A stretch of 29,083 nucleotides of DNA from a virus (Duplodnaviria > Caudoviricetes). Shown piece by piece: positions 17,462-26,065 of the stretch. The position numbers were made by a program, and so were the translations under genes. The stretch is taken from IMG/VR virus record IMGVR_UViG_3300008255_000376, positions 1-29,083 of that record; one strand, given 5' to 3'. Every line of letters starts with the position of its first letter. Positions within the stretch are counted from its first letter, which is position 1. The notes under the pieces were generated by a model. That model saw only the letters and a list, made by a program, of their open reading frames with translations. It was not told the origin of the DNA and did not search any database.

Positions 17462-20400
17462 ATGGGAAGATGGTTAAATCAACAACAAGCAGTAGTTCCA
17501 AAGACCAGATGGCAGGCACTTCAGCAAACCTTATCACCTAAAAACAAGTTTATGACAGGGGCTTGGTATCAGAAAGTTTTTGACCCTCTTTTGGCAGGGC
17601 AATATGCTATTGCTGGATTAGGCAGAGAAGCATTAGGGATGTCAGATGCAGGAGCAATCGAAGGAATTAAAAACAGAGCAACTTGGGTAGATATTGTTCA
17701 AGAGAAATTTCCTTATGAGCCATCAGAAAATTGGAAAAAGAATTTTTGGCAAGAATTAAAAAGAGTAACTCCTGGAGTTTTGGGTGATGTTTTTTTAGAC
17801 CCATTATGGTTATTACCGCCAGTAAAAATAGCAAAAATGTTAGGTATTACTAAAGTAGCCAAAGTAGTAAGTAAAACAAGACCAATGGCTTGGATTGGAG
17901 AAAAAGTTGGTCAGGCATTAGTAACTCGTTATGGGCAACCAGGAGATTATGTTTATTTAGCCCAAAAAACTGTCAGAAATATAGCAATGCGAGAAGAAAG
18001 AGCCTTAGCTATTGGAAGACCAATTTTAGGATTAACTAATGCCGAACAACAAAGAGTGGCTCAATTAATTAAAGGAGGAATTTCAGTAAGCGAAATTGAA
18101 AGACCATTAAGAGGAGTAACTGAACCTGCTGTTAGAGAATATCAAAGATTGGGCAAAAGAGCAATTGAATTAGGATTATTAGATGAAGAAACTTTTTATG
18201 ATAACTTTGGGAGATATATGCCTCGTCTTTATAGAACCAAAGAAATGCCAGAAGGAACAATTAGATTTTTCGGAGATAGGAAACCTATCCGAGTTAATTT
18301 AGATAGATTTAGAAAAAAACAAGATATTCCTGAAGATATTAGAATGGCGATGGGTGAAATTAAAGAAGCTGGTTATCCAACCTCTAAAGGATTAGCTCAA
18401 TTAGGACAAGCAGTTGAAAGGACAAGATTCTTTAAAGAGGTGGCTCAAAAATATGCTAAAGCTGAACCATTTAAGAATTGGATGCAATTACCAACTACTA
18501 AAGCATTAGGAGAATTAGGAGGGCTTGACCCAGTTATTCTTAAAGAGAGAGATAAAATGTTCCAACAATTAGCCGAATTAAGGCAAGTCATTAAATCTCC
18601 CTTAAGAGAATTAAAACAAGTTAAAAAAATAGATAGGCAAACTCAAACTTTAATTGATAGGGTTGGAAGAGAAATGGAACAAACTGAAAAACTTTTTGGT
18701 GAAGAGTTTGCTAAATTCTTTAGGGTAGAAGAACCAATTATAAAGGTTATTAAACCAGTTAAGAGAATAACAACTCTTCCCGACCCCTTGATTGGAATAG
18801 CACAAGATATTAGAAAATATAAAACATTTGAGGCATTACAAAAATCAAAAGATTTTATTAAATTAGAAAGGGTTGAAGTAAGTGGTTTATTAGAAAGAAA
18901 TGGATTTCCCACAATAGAAAGTTTTTGGAAAGCTGTAAAAGAACCTTATTTGTTTAAACCAGAAAAAGTTGTTCAAGCTAAAATAGGAGAAAATATCAAT
19001 AAGTTAATTAAAATTACCAAAAGAGAAGAAAGGCTTACTTTACAAAAAGATATTTTAGAAAATATAAATAAAGCCAGTTTTGAAGATAGAATCAAATTTC
19101 TACAAAATACTATACAAGATATTGTTGGACAAAGAACTTTAATTCGACAACAGATTGCCAAATTAAGACCTGCTTTAAGCGGAAAATATGTTTCACCAGT
19201 TATTTATCAAGATATTCAACAAATGATAAGAGTGGCAAGTAAAGGAGAAAGAACTTATCGGACTGGAATTGGATTATGGAAATGGGCAAAAGTTATTGCC
19301 AATCCTGCTACCCATTTGAGAAATATGTATTCAAATGTGATTTTAGCTGATTTAGGAGGATTATCACCATTAAGAATAGACATTTGGGCTGAAGCGTTAA
19401 GTGATTTGGCTCATAGAGGAAAATACTATAAAGAACTTAAGAAAAATAGTAATATCCTTTATGAAACTTTTTATGGAAGAGAAATTGGTGATATGTTAAC
19501 TGCATTGGAAAAAGCCGAAGGAACGAATATGTTTATGAAAATGAGGAATGCGATGAAGTTTATTACCCAGAAAACTGGCAATGTTTATCAGGCAGAAGAA
19601 CAATGGTCAAAAATGGCACTTTATATTTTTTATCGGAAAAAAGGATGGGAACCGCTAAAAGCAGCAAAAGAAGCTGAAAAATGGTTATTTAATTATCGGG
19701 AAGTTCCTTATTTTATTGATGTTTTAAGAGGTTCAAGAATAGGCGGTGGATTGGGAGCTTTGGCTTCTGGAGCATATCCTTTTATAACTTTTTCTTATAA
19801 AGCTGTCCCAAGAATTATTGAAAAAGCCTGGAAAAATACTCCCCAATTAACAAAATGGATGAAAATGTATCGAGGGATAGAACAATTTGCTGATGAAGAA
19901 ACTTTGGAAAAACAAAAAGAATTATTGCCAGATTATATGCGAGAAGGGATGTATTTAAGATTACCTTTTCAAGATGAAGCAGGTAGAGAGCAATATTTAG
20001 ATTTGAACTTTATTTTACCCTGGGGAGATATTGGAGAAGTAGGAAGAACTCTTACTCCTAATCATCCTTTTTGGGCAACACTTTATTCTTTATTTTTAAA
20101 TAAACATCCTTTAGGTTGGGATATTGTGAAGCCTGGTTCAACCAAACAAGAAGCAAGAGAATCTATTACTGATTATATTTATAAGGCAATGATGCCTTCT
20201 TTAGCTCCTGAAATTCCAGGAGTAACAAGAGGAGGATATTCTTATGATAGATTGGTTTCAGCTTTTAAGGGAGAATTGGATTATATGGAAAAAGCCAGAA
20301 GCGTTAAAGCAGCAATTTGGTCTTCTATTTTTGGAATAAAAACTATTCCAGTTGATGTAATGGAGGCTAAACAAAGAAAAGAAAGCGAAACCGATAGAAA

Positions 20401-20620
20401 AATTAGAAATATACAAAGTAGAATTAGAAATCTTTATCGTTTAGAAAAAAGAAAAATTATCAATCACGATGAATTTTTAAAAAAAGAAAAAGAATATCAA
20501 AAGAAAATAAAAGAGCTTGGTGGAAAAATATACACACCAAGCGATAGATGGTTAAAAGATAATATCCAAAAATCTAAACAACCAACTGGAAGATGGATGA
20601 GGCAACAGGAGAGATATTAA
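17462..20620 (+). CDS. Large putative DNA ejection/internal virion protein
   Basis: 1052 aa, helical; ANPATHLRN, WLFNY and YPFITFSYK segments are typical of large phage ejection/polyvalent proteins. Confidence 0.6.
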   Translation: MGRWLNQQQAVVPKTRWQALQQTLSPKNKFMTGAWYQKVFDPLLAGQYAIAGLGREALGMSDAGAIEGIKNRATWVDIVQEKFPYEPSENWKKNFWQELKRVTPGVLGDVFLDPLWLLPPVKIAKMLGITKVAKVVSKTRPMAWIGEKVGQALVTRYGQPGDYVYLAQKTVRNIAMREERALAIGRPILGLTNAEQQRVAQLIKGGISVSEIERPLRGVTEPAVREYQRLGKRAIELGLLDEETFYDNFGRYMPRLYRTKEMPEGTIRFFGDRKPIRVNLDRFRKKQDIPEDIRMAMGEIKEAGYPTSKGLAQLGQAVERTRFFKEVAQKYAKAEPFKNWMQLPTTKALGELGGLDPVILKERDKMFQQLAELRQVIKSPLRELKQVKKIDRQTQTLIDRVGREMEQTEKLFGEEFAKFFRVEEPIIKVIKPVKRITTLPDPLIGIAQDIRKYKTFEALQKSKDFIKLERVEVSGLLERNGFPTIESFWKAVKEPYLFKPEKVVQAKIGENINKLIKITKREERLTLQKDILENINKASFEDRIKFLQNTIQDIVGQRTLIRQQIAKLRPALSGKYVSPVIYQDIQQMIRVASKGERTYRTGIGLWKWAKVIANPATHLRNMYSNVILADLGGLSPLRIDIWAEALSDLAHRGKYYKELKKNSNILYETFYGREIGDMLTALEKAEGTNMFMKMRNAMKFITQKTGNVYQAEEQWSKMALYIFYRKKGWEPLKAAKEAEKWLFNYREVPYFIDVLRGSRIGGGLGALASGAYPFITFSYKAVPRIIEKAWKNTPQLTKWMKMYRGIEQFADEETLEKQKELLPDYMREGMYLRLPFQDEAGREQYLDLNFILPWGDIGEVGRTLTPNHPFWATLYSLFLNKHPLGWDIVKPGSTKQEARESITDYIYKAMMPSLAPEIPGVTRGGYSYDRLVSAFKGELDYMEKARSVKAAIWSSIFGIKTIPVDVMEAKQRKESETDRKIRNIQSRIRNLYRLEKRKIINHDEFLKKEKEYQKKIKELGGKIYTPSDRWLKDNIQKSKQPTGRWMRQQERY

Positions 20621-20745
20621 GGATACATTTCCCAACGAGATGGAGTTCCTGGAATAATGTCAAAAAATTTAGTTAGTATAAAATAAATTCCTATCCAGAA
20701 AAAGAAAGTAATAATTAATTTTAACCAAAAAGGAATATCTTTCAT
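20617..20745 (-). CDS. 42-aa single-TM membrane peptide (MKDIPFWLKLIITFFFWIGIYFILTKFFDIIPGTPSRWEMYP)
   Basis: Fills the 20620-20784 gap on the minus strand; stop overlaps the stop of the 1052-aa gene; TTGACA upstream at 20782-20777. Confidence 0.65.
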   Translation of the reverse strand: MKDIPFWLKLIITFFFWIGIYFILTKFFDIIPGTPSRWEMYP

Positions 20746-20783
20746 GTCTTTACTAATACCATAAATTACAACATATTGTCAAG

Positions 20784-22967
20784 ATGGATAAAAAATCTTT
20801 CAATAAATTACAAAAATTCCTTAATCTTTTTCTGAAAAAAGCTGAAGAAGAAGCAGAAAAAGAAGGAACTGATATTAGTTCAGATGAATTTGCTGAATTT
20901 CTTTTGAGATTGAAAGGGACGATTTTAGAAAGAATGGGATTAACTTTGGAGCAATACGAGGAATTAAAATCTTCTTTTGAAGAAAAGAGACCTGTTAGTT
21001 TTAAAGAATTAAAAGATATTCCAGAAATACCGACAACAGAAATTATTAAACAAATTGCTTCAGATGTTCTTTCTCAATTTAAGCCAGAAATTCCCGCACC
21101 GCAAATTATCCATAAAACAGTTAAAGAAGTTATAAAAGAAAAACCGCAAATAATCAAAGAAACAATAAAAGAAATAGATGATACTCAATTAAAAGAAATT
21201 AAAAGAGATATTTGGAAGATTCAGAGTGAATTGAATAAGCCCTTACGACCTATAAGCCACGACAAACTGATAGATGTTAGTTCTGACCAGCATCATTTAG
21301 AAAAGCATATTTTAGAAAGCCATAACGAGAGTGAGTTAATGGGACAGTTAGAACAATTAGTTTCAGGAGATTATGCCGATGAGCTACACAAACATAAATT
21401 TCCAATAACTGTTCAGGCTTTATTGGCGAGGACGAGTAAGTCTGCTGATGTTGCCGCCATCTGGGGTCAAATCACAGGCACCCTTTCTGACCAGACCGAC
21501 TTACAAGCGGCTTTAGATGGAAAATCCGATATAGGACACACCCATACCCACTCTGCCTTATTGGGTTTAGACTATGCTTCAGCAGGTCATACAGGATTTG
21601 AACCGACAATCACCGCAGGCACAACCGCCCAATACTGGCGAGGAGATAAAACTTGGCAAACCTTAAACACAAGCGTTGTGCCCGAAGGCACCAACCTCTA
21701 CTGGACGCAAACCAGATTTGATACTGCTTTTGGCGGTAAAACCACCACCGATTTAGCCGAAGGAAATAATCTCTACTTTACCGATGAGAGGGTAGATGAC
21801 CGAGTGACTGCTTTACTGGTAGAAGGCGAGGGAATTGATTTGGTTTATGATGATGTTGCCAACACCTTAACAATCGCAGGCGAGGACGCCACCGCCACCA
21901 ACAAAGGAATTGCCAGTTTTAACGCCAATGATTTCGCAGTAGCCGCAGGGGCGGTTTCTTTGGATATTTCAATGGGGTCTTCGGATACAGACGCTACGGC
22001 TGGTTCAGTGTTATTTGCTTCTACTGATGGGGTAATTCAGCAGGATAACGCTAATTTCTTTTGGGATGACACAGGTAATTATTTGCAAATCGGTGGTGCT
22101 CCATTGACAGTTTCAACAGGAACAAAGTTAATCTTAAAGAATGACGCCTTTGCTACTGACAATGTTGTTCTGCATATGCAGTCAGGAGCAGCTGGAATTT
22201 CTCAAATTCAGATGGGCGATAGCCTTGGTTCAGCAGAAGCAACAGTTTCTTATAATGCGGATATCCAAGACCTAACCATTACTGCCGAGGATAGGTTTAT
22301 AGTCAACGCAGGCGAAAATATACAGATGGAAACGATAGGAGTAGATGACTTTCATAAATATACGGTCAACACAACCTCAACCACAGGAAGTTATAATGCT
22401 TGGGTTATGACAAGAAAAACTACGGGAGATATGGGAGCGACATTCGGGGTCGGGATTGCTTTTAACCTTACCGATTCAGGGATTACAGACAGCACTGTCG
22501 CAGCCATTCGGGGAAGAAGGGAAAATGCTGACAATACAGGAGACCTTGTTTTTTACCCCTTCAATGCTGGTAGTGCCAAACAGGTAATGACTGTTTCGGG
22601 GCAGTATCAGTCGGTGGCGATTAGTCAAGATGTAGGCGACCCCTCTTTAGCCAGATTTTCTGTAAAAAGTAATGTAACCGATTTCAACAAGCCAGTCGGA
22701 TATTTCTTACAGGAGAATCTTACTTCAACGGGTTCAGTGGTTTACATTAAGCAAGACGACCAAGACCAACCATTTGTAGAATATGTTGGAACAGAGGGAA
22801 CTGATGCCACAGTTAATATCAACACCACAGTAGGAAGCGGTGGAGTGGTCGGACCCGAAAGAGTTGACCCTCAAACAGGCGGGTGGCTATATCAAAAAAT
22901 GGTAAAAGTAAATGTCAACGGGACAGAACTTTGGATGCCGACTTACCTATTTGTAGCTCCGTTATAA
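20784..22967 (+). CDS. Tail fiber-like protein with charged N-terminal domain
   Basis: WGQITGTLSDQTDLQAALDGK and EGxNLY(W/F)T repeats; G/T/A-rich beta C-terminus. Confidence 0.7.
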   Translation: MDKKSFNKLQKFLNLFLKKAEEEAEKEGTDISSDEFAEFLLRLKGTILERMGLTLEQYEELKSSFEEKRPVSFKELKDIPEIPTTEIIKQIASDVLSQFKPEIPAPQIIHKTVKEVIKEKPQIIKETIKEIDDTQLKEIKRDIWKIQSELNKPLRPISHDKLIDVSSDQHHLEKHILESHNESELMGQLEQLVSGDYADELHKHKFPITVQALLARTSKSADVAAIWGQITGTLSDQTDLQAALDGKSDIGHTHTHSALLGLDYASAGHTGFEPTITAGTTAQYWRGDKTWQTLNTSVVPEGTNLYWTQTRFDTAFGGKTTTDLAEGNNLYFTDERVDDRVTALLVEGEGIDLVYDDVANTLTIAGEDATATNKGIASFNANDFAVAAGAVSLDISMGSSDTDATAGSVLFASTDGVIQQDNANFFWDDTGNYLQIGGAPLTVSTGTKLILKNDAFATDNVVLHMQSGAAGISQIQMGDSLGSAEATVSYNADIQDLTITAEDRFIVNAGENIQMETIGVDDFHKYTVNTTSTTGSYNAWVMTRKTTGDMGATFGVGIAFNLTDSGITDSTVAAIRGRRENADNTGDLVFYPFNAGSAKQVMTVSGQYQSVAISQDVGDPSLARFSVKSNVTDFNKPVGYFLQENLTSTGSVVYIKQDDQDQPFVEYVGTEGTDATVNINTTVGSGGVVGPERVDPQTGGWLYQKMVKVNVNGTELWMPTYLFVAPL

Positions 22968-23015
22968 GATATAGAAAAATAGCATAAATTAGAGCACATT
23001 TCAAAGGAGGTAAAT

Positions 23016-23234
23016 ATGGAAAGAGAAATAGGGATACAGTGCGAGATATGTTTCAATCACCGACTTCAATTCCGCTTTGTCAAAAGGCACAACAAAAACA
23101 AAAGAATCACCCTTCACTTCTACTGTGATACCTGTAATAAGAAGTTGATGGTAGAGTGGGGAGAGGTTCTTCATAAGTTCCTGACGAACGACCCAGTTCC
23201 TATCAAGGCAGTTCGCGGAAGCGGAGAAGAGTGA
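23016..23234 (+). CDS. Small CxxC...CxxC zinc-ribbon protein
   Basis: Strong SD AAGGAGGT at 23004-11; CEIC and CDTC motifs. Confidence 0.65.
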   Translation: MEREIGIQCEICFNHRLQFRFVKRHNKNKRITLHFYCDTCNKKLMVEWGEVLHKFLTNDPVPIKAVRGSGEE

Positions 23235-23258
23235 TGCTTCCCCCCTACCCTCCTGAAG

Positions 23259-23300
23259 GGAGAGCCGAGAAGATGACTCTCGCTCGGCTCTCCACATTTT
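23259..23300 (+). terminator. GC-rich hairpin, possible intrinsic terminator
   Basis: GGAGAGCCGAG (23259-69) / CTCGGCTCTCC (23283-93) followed by ACATTTT. Confidence 0.5.
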
Positions 23301-23303
23301 AAT

Positions 23304-23615
23304 ATGGAAAACATAAATTACACACAGCGAAATCGTAAAGGAGAAAATAGTCCGAATTGGAAAGGTGGGATTACTTTAGATAAAAATGAATGGATGAGAA
23401 ATTGGCGAAAGAAAAATCCTGAAAAGGAAAAACAATATAAACTTAAACACTATTCAAATTATGGAAGTTATTGGCACATAGACCATATCAAACCGAAAAG
23501 TTTATTTAAATATATATCACCAGAAGACCCCGAATTTCAAGAGTGTTGGGATTTAAACAATCTTCAACCATTAGAAAAAATATCTAATCTAAAAAAGGGA
23601 AGCAATTATGTTTGA
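23304..23615 (+). CDS. Short NUMOD-like/HNH endonuclease, possibly internally deleted
   Basis: GENSPNWKGG motif and WHIDHIKP...NLQPL...NLKKG HNH core in only 103 aa. Confidence 0.7.
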   Translation: MENINYTQRNRKGENSPNWKGGITLDKNEWMRNWRKKNPEKEKQYKLKHYSNYGSYWHIDHIKPKSLFKYISPEDPEFQECWDLNNLQPLEKISNLKKGSNYV

Positions 23616-23844
23616 TTCACCAGAGAATTTGACCCAACTCGGAGCAATCGCAATAATCTGTATCTTCTTAATAAAAGAAGTTTTCGTTTACTTAAAAACA
23701 AGAAACGGGGACGGAGCATTAAATCAAATTAACCAAAAATTAGATAATCACATAGTAAGCATAAATAAAGAAATGGTTGAAATAAAAGAAGATATACGAG
23801 AAGTTAAAAAAGACATTTTAGAAATAAAAATTAAGATAAAATAA
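23608..23844 (+). CDS. Holin-like protein (one TM plus coiled coil)
   Basis: LGAIAIICIFLI hydrophobic segment followed by heptad repeats; precedes the peptidase. Confidence 0.55.
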   Translation: MFDSPENLTQLGAIAIICIFLIKEVFVYLKTRNGDGALNQINQKLDNHIVSINKEMVEIKEDIREVKKDILEIKIKIK

Positions 23845-23845
23845 T

Positions 23846-24739
23846 ATGTTCAAAAAACAAACACAATTCAGCACAGGTTTAGTTCCAAGTCCAGTTGACA
23901 ACAGAGATGTTTTATTGTCTTCCGTCCAACCACAGATAGCGAGATCTCCGAAAGACTGCCCAGAACCATTTGATTTAACTATTCTTAATCAAGGCGGCAA
24001 TCCCTATTGTGTCGGATATGCTTGTGCCGCCTTGAAGCAGTATTTAGAAGCCAAAGAACGAAATAGCATAGTTTTTGATGGCGAGTGGATTTACAAAAAA
24101 TGTAAGGAAATTGATGGGATACCGAATATAGCAGGGACTTATTTTAGGGCGGGTCTTAAAGTTCTTCAAAAGTTCGGGGCTAAACCCTTAAATGGAAAAG
24201 AAGAAGATGCCGAAAAATACAAAATCGGTTCTTATGCTTTGGTGGATGACCAGAGTTTTGAGGGACTTAAAAAATCCGCATTTGTCTATGGGGCGATAAT
24301 AAGCGGATTTATAGGTTCTAACGCTGGTTGGCAAACTGCTTATCCACGACCAGCCAGAGCAGGTGAAACGACTTGGGGACACGCAACTTTACTGAAAGCG
24401 TATTTGGAAAATTACCTTAAAGGTCAAAACTCTTGGGGAATATGGGGCGAGAATGGGAACTTTTATGTGCCAAAAACATATTTACCTTTTGAAAGTTGGG
24501 TTGTTTTTACGGATAAGCCAACTCAAGAAGGACAGGAAGGTTGGGTGGCTTCGGAGTTTTTACGAAATCTCGGTATAGAGAAAGGACAATTAGTTAAACC
24601 CACAACCGCATTACGACTGCGAACCGAACCAATGGGGACTATTTTATTAACCTTGACACCCAGCACCAAACTTGAAATACTTAAAGTAGGAGAAAAGGTT
24701 TCGGGTTATTTATGGTGTAAAGTTAAACTTATTGAATAA
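23846..24739 (+). CDS. Papain-like (C1) cysteine peptidase with C-terminal SH3b-like domain; putative lysin
   Basis: NQGGNPYCVGY (oxyanion Gln, catalytic Cys), WGHA (His), QNSWG (Asn); C-terminal LRLRTEP...GYLWCKV. Confidence 0.8.
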   Translation: MFKKQTQFSTGLVPSPVDNRDVLLSSVQPQIARSPKDCPEPFDLTILNQGGNPYCVGYACAALKQYLEAKERNSIVFDGEWIYKKCKEIDGIPNIAGTYFRAGLKVLQKFGAKPLNGKEEDAEKYKIGSYALVDDQSFEGLKKSAFVYGAIISGFIGSNAGWQTAYPRPARAGETTWGHATLLKAYLENYLKGQNSWGIWGENGNFYVPKTYLPFESWVVFTDKPTQEGQEGWVASEFLRNLGIEKGQLVKPTTALRLRTEPMGTILLTLTPSTKLEILKVGEKVSGYLWCKVKLIE

Positions 24740-24742
24740 GAT

Positions 24743-25186
24743 ATGTCATTGACCAAAAAACAAAGACGCAAATTAAAAAAGAAAATGAGAAGAGAAAAAC
24801 GGTTAAGATTGAAATTGGCAAAAACATCAGTAATACACTCAACTTGTTGGGAATATAATCAAGGATTAAGGCAATTCCCTTGTTGTGTGGCTTGTCCTGC
24901 CTGTAATTGTCATAAAAAAGAAGAAGAAATACCAAAACCTATTGAAGAAATACAACCAGAACCTCTTGAAACTCCAGCAAAGTTTCCAGAGGCAAAGGTC
25001 GAAGAAATTAAAATAAAAGAGAATAATATGAATTTTTTTAAAGGATATTTAACTTATACCCTTGCCTTAATTGCTATTTTGTGGGGAATTATTGGCTGGA
25101 TTTTTGAGTGGATTGCCCCCGAAATTGCTTTGAATACTATTTGGATAGGTTTGGCTGCGTTCGGAATTAGGCGGGCATTAAAATAA
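24743..25186 (+). CDS. Basic/Cys-rich N-terminus fused to a two-TM holin-like C-terminus (possible internal start at 25028)
   Basis: CCVACPACNC cluster; MNFFKGYLTY...AAFGIRRALK contains two hydrophobic helices. Confidence 0.6.
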   Translation: MSLTKKQRRKLKKKMRREKRLRLKLAKTSVIHSTCWEYNQGLRQFPCCVACPACNCHKKEEEIPKPIEEIQPEPLETPAKFPEAKVEEIKIKENNMNFFKGYLTYTLALIAILWGIIGWIFEWIAPEIALNTIWIGLAAFGIRRALK

Positions 25187-25187
25187 A

Positions 25188-25669
25188 ATGTTAAATTTCT
25201 CAAGGGTTCGTTCAGGTTAGGGATAGGAGTTCTTTGTATCCTTGTCTACCTTCTATCGCCTTCCTGGGCTCAAACCCCCACATTTCCCACAGGGAACGAA
25301 CTTTTATTGATTTCAGGAAATTCTCTAATCGCTGTTTCTAACCCCAACTTTCTCCTTAAAACTTCAACGCTGGCGAGTTTTTATAGCAAAAACGATATAA
25401 TAGACCTTATGGGAAACAATACCCTGATTTTATGCTTAATAGAAAAAGAAAGCGGTTGGAATAATCAAGCAATCGGAAAGGAAAATGAAATTGGTATTTT
25501 ACAATTCAAAAAACAAACCTTTTATACTTTTAGCCGAAGGTATGATTTAGATTTGGATATTTATGACCCTGCTGACCAGATTTTCTTGGCGGAAAAAATG
25601 ATTAACGACGGGTTTATTTACCATTGGACAACTTCAAAACAATGCTGGAAAAACTATCAAAATTATTAG
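25188..25669 (+). CDS. Lytic transglycosylase (SLT-like), start uncertain
   Basis: CLIEKESGWNNQAIG...GILQF motif; the frame is open from 25187 and encodes a signal peptide but has no in-frame ATG before it. Confidence 0.75.
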
Positions 25670-25752
25670 ACATCGGACTTATTGTTCTTTCAATCGCAGA
25701 CATTCTGGCATTTGCTATGTTTTTGGGGTTGATGATAAGTATTTATGTCTAA
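25642..25752 (+). CDS. 36-aa hydrophobic membrane peptide
   Basis: MLEKLSKLLDIGLIVLSIADILAFAMFLGLMISIYV; overlaps both neighbouring genes. Confidence 0.5.
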   Translation: MLEKLSKLLDIGLIVLSIADILAFAMFLGLMISIYV

Positions 25753-25909
25753 ACCAAAACAATTAAACCAATTACAAATAGCATTTCTTCAGCCCCATAA
25801 TCTTAAAAGGTTGAGAAGTCTTTTTACGATAAAGGGATTAGCCAAAAGATATGGGATTAGCGAACAAATAATTCGGAAGCGGTTAAAAGAAATAAATGAG
25901 GAAACCTAA
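25745..25909 (+). CDS. Small HTH DNA-binding protein (54 aa)
   Basis: TIKGLAKRYGISEQIIRKRL helix-turn-helix pattern. Confidence 0.6.
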   Translation: MSKPKQLNQLQIAFLQPHNLKRLRSLFTIKGLAKRYGISEQIIRKRLKEINEET

Positions 25910-26051
25910 ATTCTGTATAAAATGTGGGAGACGAATAAGAAAGGTCGGGTCTTCCTACTGCGAAATTTGTCTTTTAGAAGTTTATTTATCTCGTAAAAAA
26001 ATGGGTAAAACAAAAAAGAAAAAAAAGAAAAAAGGCAAAAAGAAAAAATAA
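25896..26051 (+). CDS. 51-aa zinc-ribbon protein with poly-Lys tail
   Basis: CIKCG...YCEIC followed by MGKTKKKKKKKGKKKK. Confidence 0.55.
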   Translation: MRKPKFCIKCGRRIRKVGSSYCEICLLEVYLSRKKMGKTKKKKKKKGKKKK

Positions 26052-26065
26052 CCTAACATAAAACT

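Noticed and set aside
1338-19161. Minus-strand ORFs in the track (e.g. 1338-1610, 4185-4544, 10416-10757, 18643-18912)
   Set aside because: They are shadows of well-supported + strand genes and have no recognisable motifs.
17462-20620. Tape measure protein or intein-containing protein
   Set aside because: No tail tube or tail chaperone genes nearby; the putative insertion lacks Cys/Ser start and His-Asn end motifs.
23001-23297. Minus-strand 98-aa ORF
   Set aside because: The overlapping + strand ORF has a strong SD and paired CxxC motifs, so it is the better call.
20784-23300. Diversity-generating retroelement targeting the fiber
   Set aside because: A downstream hairpin exists, but no reverse transcriptase or template/variable repeat pair is visible in the window.
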